Shown piece by piece: positions 24,282 to 33,383 of a DNA stretch of 38,315 bases. The position numbers were made by a program, and so were the translations under genes. Location: positions 1 through 38,315 of IMG/VR virus record IMGVR_UViG_3300034032_000020. One strand, written 5' to 3'. The notes beneath the pieces are model-generated. The model was not told the origin of the DNA. It was given only the letters and a program-made list of their open reading frames with translations, and did no database searches. This DNA is from a virus. Lineage: Duplodnaviria > Caudoviricetes. Every line of letters starts with the position of its first letter. Within the stretch, counting starts at the first letter, position 1.

Positions 24282-24584
24282 ATGACGGAGGGTGCGAAGG
24301 CGCGCATTGGGCGCATCCGGCGCGAAAGGCTGAAGTCCGACGGGAAGTGGAACCTGCGCGTCGTCCGCCATCCCTGCGGCTCCCTCGCGATTCACGAAGT
24401 CCTCTACGCGGACGACGGGACCGTGAGTTTCTGGAAGGTAGAGGGCGCCGAGGCGGTGGATGAGGTTGGCGACCTGGACGAGCTGATCAAGAGCGTGGAG
24501 TTCACCTACACCAGTTCGCTGGAGGCTGTGGCCAAGCCGATCCTAGAAATGGGAGATCTCCCCGGCGGCCAGAAGCCGTCGTGA
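24282..24584 (+). CDS. Hypothetical moron protein (WNLRVVR...AIHEVLY motif)
   Basis: GGAGG RBS before ATG 24282; opposite orientation between S and J. Confidence 0.75.
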   Translation: MTEGAKARIGRIRRERLKSDGKWNLRVVRHPCGSLAIHEVLYADDGTVSFWKVEGAEAVDEVGDLDELIKSVEFTYTSSLEAVAKPILEMGDLPGGQKPS

Positions 24585-24592
24585 ACCGCCGG

Positions 24593-25252
24593 TCAGCCGG
24601 AGATATGATCGAGCAGGCTGTCGAGGATCCTCGCGCGGTCCGCGTCGGTGAGGCCGATCAACTGGCGCCGGGCGTACCGCACCTCGCGCGTGCCCTGCGA
24701 CGGCCGATCGCGGCCGCCGTCCTGGTGGATGCGGGCGATCTGGGCGACGCGGCCCGAAAAGCCGACCCATGCTTCCCGATCGGTAACGCCCGAACGGAGG
24801 AAGCGGCCGTTGCGCAGGCGGCGGAACATCGCGGCGCGGCGGATGCTGCCCTTGCGCCGAAACTTGCCCGCGGATTTGTTCTGGTCGCCGGCTTCGATCG
24901 GCAGCCATTTGTCGACCTTGTCCCAGAAAAAGCTGCGGATGCCGCCGGCCTCGGTGTCGAAGCCGGTGAGCAGCGGGCCTTCGCGTACCCAGCTCTTCAT
25001 GAAAACCACCCGCGGCTCCGGCGCGCCCTTGGGGTAGAGGAAGCGAACGGCATAGCCGCCCGGCGGTGGCGCGGGCTTGGCCTTACGTTTTTCGTAAGCT
25101 CCCCCATCGGGCGCCTGTTGCCGGGCAATCCGGGCGCCTTGCGATTTAGCGATGTCGCGGACGATCGCGCGCATGACCTTGCGGCGCTCGGCACCATCGA
25201 TCTGGCGGAGAAGCGCGCCGGCCAGCTGCTCGAGCTCGGCGAGATCGCTCAT
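24593..25252 (-). CDS. gpS: Tail completion / virion morphogenesis protein gpS with internal insertion
   Basis: RIARQQAPDGGAYEKRK, MFRRLR, IARIHQDG, YARRQLIGLT; start ATG 25252. Confidence 0.9.
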   Translation of the reverse strand: MSDLAELEQLAGALLRQIDGAERRKVMRAIVRDIAKSQGARIARQQAPDGGAYEKRKAKPAPPPGGYAVRFLYPKGAPEPRVVFMKSWVREGPLLTGFDTEAGGIRSFFWDKVDKWLPIEAGDQNKSAGKFRRKGSIRRAAMFRRLRNGRFLRSGVTDREAWVGFSGRVAQIARIHQDGGRDRPSQGTREVRYARRQLIGLTDADRARILDSLLDHISG

Positions 25253-25746
25253 TCGGAAGGCGGCGCCTGGGCAGACTGCACCACGGCTTCCGAGCCGAGG
25301 CTGAGCTGCCACAAGGTGACGGTGTCGTCCACGCCCCCGAAGCTTTCAAAGCGGGGCGGCTCGGGGAAATGCTCCGCGGTGAAGCCGCCGCCCGGCTTGG
25401 GCGTCACGCCGACGCTTTCGCTGAGCTCGATGTCGATCGACAGGTCAACCGCGTCGCCGTCCAGGACTTCCGCTTCGAAGTGGAACGGCTCATTGCCGGA
25501 AGCCTCGAGCAAGGCGGGCTGGTGTTCGGCGATCCAGCTCAGCAAGGGGACGAAGACGTCCGTGGTGTCGCCGGCAAAGTCCTGCAGCACGATGTTTAGG
25601 GTGTAGCGAACCTCGAAGCCGAGCGTGCCGGTGGCGCGGGAAGCAACCCGGCCCTTGTCGATAAACATCTGCAGGCGCTCGGGCGACGCGGCGAGGCCGG
25701 GCACCGCGGCGAGCAACAGACGGCCAAGGACTTCCGGCTTCTTCAT
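25249..25746 (-). CDS. gpR: Tail completion protein gpR
   Basis: MKKP...PERLQMFIDKG...RYTLNIVLQDF...WIAEHQPALL...DLSIDIELSESV. Confidence 0.92.
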   Translation of the reverse strand: MKKPEVLGRLLLAAVPGLAASPERLQMFIDKGRVASRATGTLGFEVRYTLNIVLQDFAGDTTDVFVPLLSWIAEHQPALLEASGNEPFHFEAEVLDGDAVDLSIDIELSESVGVTPKPGGGFTAEHFPEPPRFESFGGVDDTVTLWQLSLGSEAVVQSAQAPPSE

Positions 25747-25755
25747 CGTCGGCCG

Positions 25756-26094
25756 TCAGCGCGCCGGAGCGCAGACCGGCTCGAACACCCGCTGAACCGG
25801 GGTGAGGCCGGCGGCGTGCTGCAGGAGCGTGTCCGCCTTGCCGGCATAGCCGACATATTCGCAGAGCTTGGCGGCGAGCGTGTCGGCCGCGGCGCCGGTG
25901 TCGTCGGGGCGCGGGCCGAGCGGCGCCGGCGGCGCGGTCTCGCGCACCTGGTCCGGAGTGACGGCGCGCTCGACGTGCGTCACGGCAACCTCGGCCGTTT
26001 CGATCTGCTTCGCGCCGGTGGCGCAGCCGCCGATCGGCACCGCCGCGGCGAGGCAGAGGGCGGTAAGGAGAAGCTTCAGCCTGATCATCGCCAA
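25756..26094 (-). CDS. Lipoprotein, putative o-spanin
   Basis: Signal peptide with lipobox IGGC; last gene of the lysis cassette. Confidence 0.7.
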   Translation of the reverse strand: MAMIRLKLLLTALCLAAAVPIGGCATGAKQIETAEVAVTHVERAVTPDQVRETAPPAPLGPRPDDTGAAADTLAAKLCEYVGYAGKADTLLQHAAGLTPVQRVFEPVCAPAR

Positions 26095-26546
26095 ATTCCT
26101 TTCAGCGTGGGGGACGTCTCGGTTCGGGGGCAGCCCGGCGGCGCCGGCGGCCGGGGCCGCCCGGCGCTCGCCCGAAGGCGGCCGATCAGATCCGCGCGGG
26201 CGGCGTCACCCTGCTTCAGGGCGGCGAGCTGGGCGGCGGCCGCGTCGGCGCGCAGCCGATCGTTGGCGGCCGCGGCCTTGGCGGTGCGGGTGCAGATTTC
26301 GAGGCCGGCCTTCAGCTTCGCCACGGCGCGGCCGAGCTCGGCGATCTGCGCCGGCACCTGCTTTACGGCAAGCCTCGGCTCGCCCGCGGCGTCGCGGGTA
26401 GCGCTCACCGCCAGCGTCTGGAAAGCCTGCAGCCCGTCGCGCTCGGCGACCACGACCTTGAGGGCGATGCCGAGGAGGACGATCGGCACCAGGTACCAGA
26501 AGCGGCGGAGCAGGCCGAGCGCCTGCAGCCCGAACTTAAACGCCAT
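26085..26546 (-). CDS. Putative i-spanin (LysB/Rz-like)
   Basis: N-terminal TM followed by a coiled coil; precedes the lipoprotein. Confidence 0.72.
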   Translation of the reverse strand: MAFKFGLQALGLLRRFWYLVPIVLLGIALKVVVAERDGLQAFQTLAVSATRDAAGEPRLAVKQVPAQIAELGRAVAKLKAGLEICTRTAKAAAANDRLRADAAAAQLAALKQGDAARADLIGRLRASAGRPRPPAPPGCPRTETSPTLKGIWR

Positions 26547-26760
26547 GGGAGGTATCCTTTGTGGGGGTGGTCGTCGCGGCCGCCGTCTTGTCGGTGCTGC
26601 CCTTGGACGAACCGAGATAGTAGCCGACGGCGATCATGAAGGCGCTCTTCAGCGACTCCTCGAGCGTGCTGACGTCCGCAGAGAGGTAGCGGGCAACGAC
26701 GGCGGCGACGATCATCAGCGCGATCACGCTGCGCATGTCGAGTTCGCGGAGAACCCTCAC
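26536..26760 (-). CDS. Second holin-like / antiholin membrane protein
   Basis: GTGA overlap with the endolysin stop; two hydrophobic segments and YYLGSSKGS motif. Confidence 0.6.
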   Translation of the reverse strand: MRVLRELDMRSVIALMIVAAVVARYLSADVSTLEESLKSAFMIAVGYYLGSSKGSTDKTAAATTTPTKDTSHGV

Positions 26761-27410
26761 GCTGCGCCTCCCCGCATCATCGTGGACAGGCGCACGGCGC
26801 GGGCGCCGACCTGCCGTGCCCATTTCGACGCCAGCATGTTGATGGCGGCATTGCGATAATCGCCGCGCTCGATCATGCTGAGGGTGTTATGGAAGCCGCA
26901 GAGGCCGCCGATACCCAGATTGAAGGCCATGTTGACCATCACCCGCTGGCGAATCGGATCGAGCTTGCGCCACCACGGCAGGCGCTTGTCGAGATCCTTC
27001 ACGACGCGGCCAATGTCGCTGGCGAGCAAGAAGGTCGATTGAGTTTCCGTGATCCCGTCCGCGATAGCGGAGGCGGTCGTGATGCCGAGCATCGCGGTCT
27101 CGTGGGGGAGGATGCCGACATCATCGAGGTTTCGGCCGACGCCGATCGTCCGCTTGCCGGCGGTGCAGCGGTAGACCTTCAGCCGCTCGCCCTCGTCATG
27201 GCGGAGCTCGGCGATCATGGTCGGCTCATCGAATGCCGGACGGCCTGCCGCCGGCTGCGCCGGCGCGGCCGCGTCGTTGTCGTTCGCGGCCAGGCCGAGG
27301 CGATCGGCAAGCGCGTTCACCGCCGCGATCCGGTCGGCCGTGTACTTGTCGCCGTCGAGCCAGGACCGAAAGGTGCCGAACAGCTCGGCGCGTGTAACGG
27401 GTGCGCTCAT
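26757..27410 (-). CDS. Endolysin, GH24 (T4-type) lysozyme with N-terminal extension
   Basis: LRHDEGERLKVYRCTAGKRTIGVGRNL, RQRVMVNMAFNLG, MLASKWARQVGARA; start ATG 27410. Confidence 0.92.
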   Translation of the reverse strand: MSAPVTRAELFGTFRSWLDGDKYTADRIAAVNALADRLGLAANDNDAAAPAQPAAGRPAFDEPTMIAELRHDEGERLKVYRCTAGKRTIGVGRNLDDVGILPHETAMLGITTASAIADGITETQSTFLLASDIGRVVKDLDKRLPWWRKLDPIRQRVMVNMAFNLGIGGLCGFHNTLSMIERGDYRNAAINMLASKWARQVGARAVRLSTMMRGGAA

Positions 27411-27757
27411 TTGTCGTCTTTCTTCTTGAGGAAACGGTCGCGGAGTTCCGCCGGCAGCTGGCCGAGGACCTCCGTCGCGTTGTGGATGAATTTCGGCGTC
27501 GCCTCGTAGGCGACCATGGCGAAGACGAAGGTCACGGCCTGGGCAACCAGCGGCGATGGCTCGAAGATCGCGTTGATGGCGCCGCCGGCGAAATAGGAGA
27601 CGCAGATCCCCACGAGGATCTGGATCAGCCGCTCGCCGTAGGAGAGGCCGCGCTTGAACGCCTGCGATACGGTGGCGCCGATCGCCGCCGGCATCAGCGC
27701 GGAGCCGGTGGCCTGAGCTGCCTCGACAAGTTCGTGCGGAAAGTGCGGGTGCGCCAT
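27407..27757 (-). CDS. Holin
   Basis: 2-3 TM helices, charged C-terminus FLKKKDDK, between gene X and endolysin. Confidence 0.75.
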   Translation of the reverse strand: MAHPHFPHELVEAAQATGSALMPAAIGATVSQAFKRGLSYGERLIQILVGICVSYFAGGAINAIFEPSPLVAQAVTFVFAMVAYEATPKFIHNATEVLGQLPAELRDRFLKKKDDK

Positions 27758-27759
27758 GA

Positions 27760-27978
27760 TCAGTCCCAAAGCTGGACGACGGGGCGGGATGCCTGCGCCG
27801 GAGGGGTGACGGGAACGACGACGAGCGTTCCCAGGGGAAGCACGGCGCCATGATCGGCCAGGCCGGGGTTCGCTTCGAAGACGGCGGGGAGATCGGCGGC
27901 GCCGAGGCCGCGCTCCCGCCAGATCAAAACGTCGACGGTGTCGCCCTGACGGGCTGCGAGGGTGTTCTCCGCGTCCAT
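27760..27978 (-). CDS. gpX: Tail protein X
   Basis: ARQGDTVDVLIWR...EANPGLADHGAVLPLGT...VQLWD. Confidence 0.95.
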   Translation of the reverse strand: MDAENTLAARQGDTVDVLIWRERGLGAADLPAVFEANPGLADHGAVLPLGTLVVVPVTPPAQASRPVVQLWD

Positions 27979-28457
27979 CAGATCAGCGCCACGGTGTTGC
28001 GCGGGCGGCCGAGGAAGTCTCGAATGGCATGTCGGGCATCGCGGCGCAGCTCCTCGGCCGAGCCGTCGAGATCCTGCACGTCGCGCTGGCCGGCGCCGGT
28101 CTGATCGAAATCGCGGTTGCGCTCGATCAGCTCCGCCTTGACGAAGCAGGTAAGCGCGCGACGATAGAGAACGATGAGGCGGCTCTCGCCGCCGAGGGTG
28201 GTCGAGGGCACCTCGTCAAGGCTGGCGACGGCCGCGGCCTTTGTTTCGCGCCAGGGCTGCAGGTCATTGGCGATCGTCATCATTGCGGCGAGGACGGCTT
28301 CGCGCAGCCGTTCCGGCAATACCGTCTCCCGAACGCGCGCCTGCAGGCGCAGCGCGTTCGGATCGACATCGGGGAAGAAGCCGTCGTTGACGATCGTCGG
28401 CCCCGCGTCCGCCGGCGCCGGCGGCACGATCGAGGGACGGGGGACGAGGCTGCTCAC
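27978..28457 (-). CDS. gpL: Head completion/stabilization protein gpL
   Basis: IVNDGFFPDVD, LYRRAL, ERNRDFDQT, LRRDARHAIRDFLGRPRNTVALI. Confidence 0.93.
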   Translation of the reverse strand: MSSLVPRPSIVPPAPADAGPTIVNDGFFPDVDPNALRLQARVRETVLPERLREAVLAAMMTIANDLQPWRETKAAAVASLDEVPSTTLGGESRLIVLYRRALTCFVKAELIERNRDFDQTGAGQRDVQDLDGSAEELRRDARHAIRDFLGRPRNTVALI

Positions 28458-28596
28458 GAGTGTTCGGATCCTTGGTTATCCCGCCCCGCCGGAATCCGGG
28501 GGTGAGGAGCGGTGCAGGGGGAGGAGCCCGAAGGCGTCTCCGCTGTCCGTTCCGCCCCCGGGCGCCGGGGGGCGAGTTGGTCGGCCGCCGGAGCGG

Positions 28597-29367
28597 CTAT
28601 TGCGGTGCGCTCGCCGCCGCGGCCGTCGCGGCCTTGGCTTGCGAGCGCTCGATCTTGCGCATGCGGTCCTTGACGCCGCTGCGGTCGTGAAGCTTGTGGG
28701 CCGCGGCCATCGCCGAAAGGGCGCGGCGCTGCGCCTCCGCCAGGTCGGCCGCGGCGTCGGGAAGTTCCGAAGCAGCGGCCGCGCGGCGGTCGTATTCGAA
28801 GCCGATCGCCTTCATCAGCTTGGCGCGGACCTCGTCGGGCATGTCCTCGCCGTGGGTGAGCCGTTCGATGTCTTCCAGGACGTCGAGCGGAGCGGCCTCG
28901 CCGTTCCCGAGATCGCGAAGCGCCGCATCGGCGATCTCCTCCACGATCAGCGTCGGCGCTTGGCGCTGGTAGCGCGTCGGCAAGGGCAGGCGGTGAAGGA
29001 TGACGCGCTCGGCGAGATCGGCCGCGCCGGCATAATCGGCGGTGTCGATCCGCCACACCATGACTGTGGGCAGGATTTCGCCGACGTCGCCGGCGACGCC
29101 GCGATCGAGGGCGTCGCACACGCCGGCTACCCAAGCGTCGTAATGGGGAAGCATTTCGCGCTTCGCCTCGATCTTCTTCGTGATCGACTGGATCTGCTTC
29201 AGCCGGACGAGATCGTGGCGCAGGCGCATGGCCATCTGCGCCGCCGCCGCGGCCTCAGGGGTGGAGGCGGCGACGGCGGGCAGGGCCGGCCCACCCTCTG
29301 CAGGAGGAGCGACCGCTGCTGACAATTTTCCGAGAACAGCGTCCCGGTGCTGGCGAGCGAGGCTCAT
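28597..29367 (-). CDS. gpM: Terminase small (endonuclease) subunit gpM
   Basis: LKQIQSITKKIEAKREMLPHY, VMVWRID, DMPDEVRAKLMKAIG, GVKD. Confidence 0.94.
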   Translation of the reverse strand: MSLARQHRDAVLGKLSAAVAPPAEGGPALPAVAASTPEAAAAAQMAMRLRHDLVRLKQIQSITKKIEAKREMLPHYDAWVAGVCDALDRGVAGDVGEILPTVMVWRIDTADYAGAADLAERVILHRLPLPTRYQRQAPTLIVEEIADAALRDLGNGEAAPLDVLEDIERLTHGEDMPDEVRAKLMKAIGFEYDRRAAAASELPDAAADLAEAQRRALSAMAAAHKLHDRSGVKDRMRKIERSQAKAATAAAASAPQ

Positions 29368-29409
29368 TGCGGTTCCTCTGCGAGGGGTGGGCTTAGGAGG
29401 GTGACGGCG

Positions 29410-30465
29410 TTACGGGGCTTCGGGGGCGTCGGCCTCCGGCGCGGCTTCCATGACGATGTTCTCGACGATCGCGATCAGGCCGTAATCCTCGACAACGTAG
29501 GCCTCGTTGACGCTTTCGAAGTTCTCGACCTGGTCGCGCTTCGGATTGTCGATCACCGCCCGGCGGCGCGTGCCGTCCTGGTTGTAGATCGAGAGGTTGT
29601 CGTAGGTGGTGATCACCACCTTCCCGGCGGGGAAGTTCGGGACGGTGGCAGCGAGCTTGCCGCCGATCTTCTTGTCCAGGAGCATGATGTCGCGGGCGAC
29701 CTGCTCCGTCGCCTTGTCGCCGGCGGCGTTAACGAGCTTGAACTGCTTGTCGTGGACCATGTCCCAGCTGACCAGGACGACCAGATCGGTGCGGCCGCGG
29801 TGCTGCTCCTCGAGCAGCTGGATCGCGTCGAAGACCAGCGCGTCGAGGTTGACGTAATCAGCGGTGCCGGTGGCCGAGACGTAGATCGCCTCGACATCGT
29901 CGGCGCTGTGCGCGCCGTCGCTGAGGATGCGGGCGGGCGCGTCATCGCGGGTGTTCTGGATCCAGCCCTTGTTGACGTCCTGCAGAAGTGGGAAGTTCGT
30001 GCGGTTCGTCTGGGGAGCGACGTGGGTGCCATGCCAACCGATCAGCATGCGATCGAGGCCCTGGCGCTTGGTGATCGCGTCGCGAAGGATCGTTTGGAAC
30101 TCGGGCTTGTGGGCCCAGGCGTCGAGCTTCGCGTATTTGATGGCGGTGTCGAAGTTCGTCTGCTCGCAGCGGAATCGCGTGGCGGTGAGGCCGCTGGGAT
30201 CGATCGGCTGACGCTCGCCGTTGTTCGTGTTGGTGCGCCCGGCGATCGTGCTGGTGATACCAAGGCCGACCTTCTCGCCCTCCTGCTGAGGAACGGTGAC
30301 GAAGTTGATCTGGGTAAGGAACTCGCTCGAAAGCTGAGTCTTTTCTTCCAGCTTCTGAGCGACGGCCGGTTCAACCGTGAAGTGCTCGGCCGCGCTGGCG
30401 ACGCCGCTGAGCAGGGCGATCTGGCTGACAAAGGCGTTGTAGGCGATGCGGGTCGGGTTGCGCAT
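29410..30465 (-). CDS. gpN: Major capsid protein gpN (P2 family)
   Basis: FTVEPAVAQKLE, QTNFDTAIKYAKLDAWA, PLLQDVNKGWIQ, DNLSIYNQ, YVVEDY. Confidence 0.96.
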   Translation of the reverse strand: MRNPTRIAYNAFVSQIALLSGVASAAEHFTVEPAVAQKLEEKTQLSSEFLTQINFVTVPQQEGEKVGLGITSTIAGRTNTNNGERQPIDPSGLTATRFRCEQTNFDTAIKYAKLDAWAHKPEFQTILRDAITKRQGLDRMLIGWHGTHVAPQTNRTNFPLLQDVNKGWIQNTRDDAPARILSDGAHSADDVEAIYVSATGTADYVNLDALVFDAIQLLEEQHRGRTDLVVLVSWDMVHDKQFKLVNAAGDKATEQVARDIMLLDKKIGGKLAATVPNFPAGKVVITTYDNLSIYNQDGTRRRAVIDNPKRDQVENFESVNEAYVVEDYGLIAIVENIVMEAAPEADAPEAP

Positions 30466-30515
30466 GGAAAGCTCCTGGGCGGAAAGGCGGTGAGGCGAAG
30501 GGGTGAGCGAGCGGC

Positions 30516-31400
30516 TCAGCAGTCGGTAAGGATGCGGGCGTTGCCGTCGCCGCCCGGGGCGGGCTTGCGGCTGAAGCCGGGCGCCTCGGTGGTCTCAAGC
30601 TTGGTCTTCAGCGTGCCGAGCTCGGTGCGGATCGTGCCCACCTCGGAGTCGATCTTAGCGCCGATCGCGGTGATGCTCGCCGACATGAGGGACAGGCCCT
30701 CCCGCAGCTGCGCTGCTGCATCGTCGTTGCCTGGGGCGGCTGCCGTGCTGACTACGACTGGCGCGGTGGGCGCTGCAGCTGCAGGCGTTGCGGTGGCGCC
30801 GGTGAGCTTGGTGAAGAAAGCGGCCATGGCGGAGAATGCGCCGGTGGTCGGATCGGCCGCGGCCGTGGTGCCTGCGTCCTCGACCTCGATTTTGGCTTCG
30901 CTCGCGGCGGTGAAAAGGTTGGCCTTGTCCTGCTTGCGCCCGGCCAACGGGTTGTTGTCGCCCTGGGTAGCGGCGAACTGCAGCATCTCGGTGCCGAGGC
31001 TCGCCGGGCTGTCGGTGATTGCCAAGCCGACGAGGCCGGCCTTGCCGGAGCCGCCGAAGTTCGGCGAGATTTCGCAGGAGGTGAAGAGCTTCTGCGCCCT
31101 TTTGTTGACAGCGATGAGCTGGTCGTTCGGCTCGATCTGGGCGAACAGGCCGCGGCGCTTTTCGGGCTTGCCGTTCAGCTGCAGCTCGACGTCGCGGGCT
31201 TCCAGCGCCAGAACGCTGCCATAGGCGTTGAACGGCGGCTCGGGGCTGAAGCCGCGCAGATGCTCGCAATTGAGGCGGGCGGTGTAGGTGGCCGGATTGT
31301 AGCCGGTGGCCATCTCATCGATCCAGTTGCGCTCGATCACGCGACCATCGGTGGTGCCGCCCTCGACGGCGATGCAGAAGAATTTCGACTTGTCAGCCAT
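30516..31400 (-). CDS. gpO: Capsid scaffolding protein/protease gpO
   Basis: SKFFCIAVEGGTTDGRVI, ARLNCEH, GLAITDSPASLGTE, C-terminal LTDC; start ATG 31400. Confidence 0.95.
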   Translation of the reverse strand: MADKSKFFCIAVEGGTTDGRVIERNWIDEMATGYNPATYTARLNCEHLRGFSPEPPFNAYGSVLALEARDVELQLNGKPEKRRGLFAQIEPNDQLIAVNKRAQKLFTSCEISPNFGGSGKAGLVGLAITDSPASLGTEMLQFAATQGDNNPLAGRKQDKANLFTAASEAKIEVEDAGTTAAADPTTGAFSAMAAFFTKLTGATATPAAAAPTAPVVVSTAAAPGNDDAAAQLREGLSLMSASITAIGAKIDSEVGTIRTELGTLKTKLETTEAPGFSRKPAPGGDGNARILTDC

Positions 31401-31515
31401 GGGAGAGCAGCTCCGGTCCTGAATTTGGTGCGACACGCCGGCCAGGGGACGAAAACCGGCATGCCGCGAAGCCGTAAAAGGGACTGAAGAGGCCCCGCAT
31501 CTCAAGCCGGGGCTA

Positions 31516-31536
31516 TTGTAGAGAGCCACTCTACAA
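31516..31536. promoter_or_regulatory. Late-promoter activator site TTGTAGAG-N5-CTCTACAA between divergent O and P
   Basis: Third perfect copy of the palindrome. Confidence 0.85.
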
Positions 31537-31584
31537 TCACGGCCGCTCAATTCGGCGGCGCCGCCGCGCTTAGTGTCGCGGCCG

Positions 31585-33381
31585 ATGTCGATCCTCGCCG
31601 CCCCACCTTCCACGCCGCTCGATGCGCGCCGCCAGGCGCGGAGCCTATATTGGCGCCTGTGGGGCGTGAGCCAGATCGCCGAGGAGCTGGGGCTCAACCG
31701 CGCCACCGTGGAAAGCTGGAAGCAGCGCGAGAAGTGGGACGACGTGCCCATGATCCGCCGGCTCGAGGACGCGCTGGAAGTGCGGCTGATGGGGCTGATC
31801 GCTAAGGAGGCGAAGAACGGCGGCGATTTCAAGGAGATCGATCTGCTCGGCCGGCAGGTGACGGCGCTTGCGCGAATTCGCCGGTACCAGGAGCCGGACG
31901 GCCACGAGGGCGATCTCAACGAAAAGGTCGGCAACCGCAACGCCGGGCCGAAGAAGAAGGCGAAGCGGAACCACTTCACCGCCGACCAGGCGGCGCAGCT
32001 CCGCGAAATCTTCCTCTCGCAGCTGTTCGATTATCAGAACGACTGGTACGCGAGCTCGTCGCTCCGGACGCGGATGATCCTGAAGTCGCGCCAGATCGGC
32101 GCGACATATTATTTCGCCTTCGAAGCCCTGGTTGACGCGGTCGAGACGGGCCGCAACAAGATATTCCTCTCCGCGTCGAAGGCGCAGGCCCACCAGTTCC
32201 GAAGCTATATCGTGAGCTTCGCCAAGCTGGTGGGCGTGGATCTGTCGGGCGATCCGATGCTGATCACGTCCGACCTGGTTGGCGACGATCAGCCGGCGGC
32301 CGAATTCCACTTCCTGGGCACCAACTACCGAACTGCGCAGGGCCGCCACGGCGACTTTTACTTCGATGAGTTCTTCTGGGTCCACAGCTTCGAGGAGCTG
32401 AACAAGGTCGCCAGCGGCATGGCGATGCACAAGAAGTGGCGGAAGACGTATTTTTCCACGCCGTCGACCGTCGCCCACGCCGCCTATCCTTATTGGACCG
32501 GCGAGCGCCGCAACCGCCGGCGCAAGAAGGCGGATCGGATCGAGATCGATGTCAGCCGCGACGCGCTGAAGAAGGGCGCCGTAGGTCCGGACCGGATCTG
32601 GCGCCAGATCGTGACGATCGAGGATGCCGAGGCCGGCGGCTGCGACCTGTTCGACATTGACGAGCTGCGCGACGAATATGCGCCGGACGAGTTCGCCAAC
32701 CTCCTGATGTGCGAATTCGTCGACGACAGCATGTCGGCGTTCAAGTTCAACGACTTGATCGCCTGCGGCTGCGACAGCCTGATTGACTGGACCGATTTCA
32801 ATCCCGAGGCGCGGCGGCCTTTCGGCGAGCGCGCCGTGTGGGCGGGGTACGATCCGCAGGAGAGCGAGGACGGCGACAATGCGGCGCTGACAATCGTGGC
32901 GCCGCCGGCAGCGCCCGGCGGCGGTTTCCGCGTGCTCGAGCGCCACCAGCTGCGCGGGATCGATTACCAGGACCAGGCGACGTTCATCGCCGGGATCCTG
33001 TCGCGCTACAATTGCACCTACCTCGGCGTCGACGCGACGGGCGTCGGCTCGGCCGTCTGGCAGGTACTCGCCAAGATGCCGGGGATCCGCGGCCTTACCA
33101 AGATCGAATATTCGCTCGAGGTGAAGGCGCAGATGGTGATGAAGGCGCAGAACGTGATCAAGCGCGGCCGAATCGCCTGGGACGCGGGCTGGATCGACCT
33201 CGTCTCCTCGTTCCTCTCGATCAAGAAGGCGCTCACCGGCAGCGGCCGGGCGATCACATTCAAGGCGGGCCGATCGGCCCAGGACGGCCACGCGGATCTC
33301 GCCTGGTCGCTGATGCACATCCTGATCAACGAGCCGCTCGACGGCAAGGAACGGCCGAAGGGCCGAATGGAGATCCTGTAA
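31585..33381 (+). CDS. gpP: Terminase large (ATPase) subunit gpP
   Basis: ILKSRQIGATYYFA, FLSASKAQA, YFDEFFW, TYFSTPS, GYDP, HADLAW. Confidence 0.96.
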   Translation: MSILAAPPSTPLDARRQARSLYWRLWGVSQIAEELGLNRATVESWKQREKWDDVPMIRRLEDALEVRLMGLIAKEAKNGGDFKEIDLLGRQVTALARIRRYQEPDGHEGDLNEKVGNRNAGPKKKAKRNHFTADQAAQLREIFLSQLFDYQNDWYASSSLRTRMILKSRQIGATYYFAFEALVDAVETGRNKIFLSASKAQAHQFRSYIVSFAKLVGVDLSGDPMLITSDLVGDDQPAAEFHFLGTNYRTAQGRHGDFYFDEFFWVHSFEELNKVASGMAMHKKWRKTYFSTPSTVAHAAYPYWTGERRNRRRKKADRIEIDVSRDALKKGAVGPDRIWRQIVTIEDAEAGGCDLFDIDELRDEYAPDEFANLLMCEFVDDSMSAFKFNDLIACGCDSLIDWTDFNPEARRPFGERAVWAGYDPQESEDGDNAALTIVAPPAAPGGGFRVLERHQLRGIDYQDQATFIAGILSRYNCTYLGVDATGVGSAVWQVLAKMPGIRGLTKIEYSLEVKAQMVMKAQNVIKRGRIAWDAGWIDLVSSFLSIKKALTGSGRAITFKAGRSAQDGHADLAWSLMHILINEPLDGKERPKGRMEIL

Positions 33382-33383
33382 CC

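Noticed and set aside
18457-31536. Palindromic repeats as CRISPR or IS ends
   Set aside because: Dispersed single copies ahead of late operons; no spacers, cas genes or transposase
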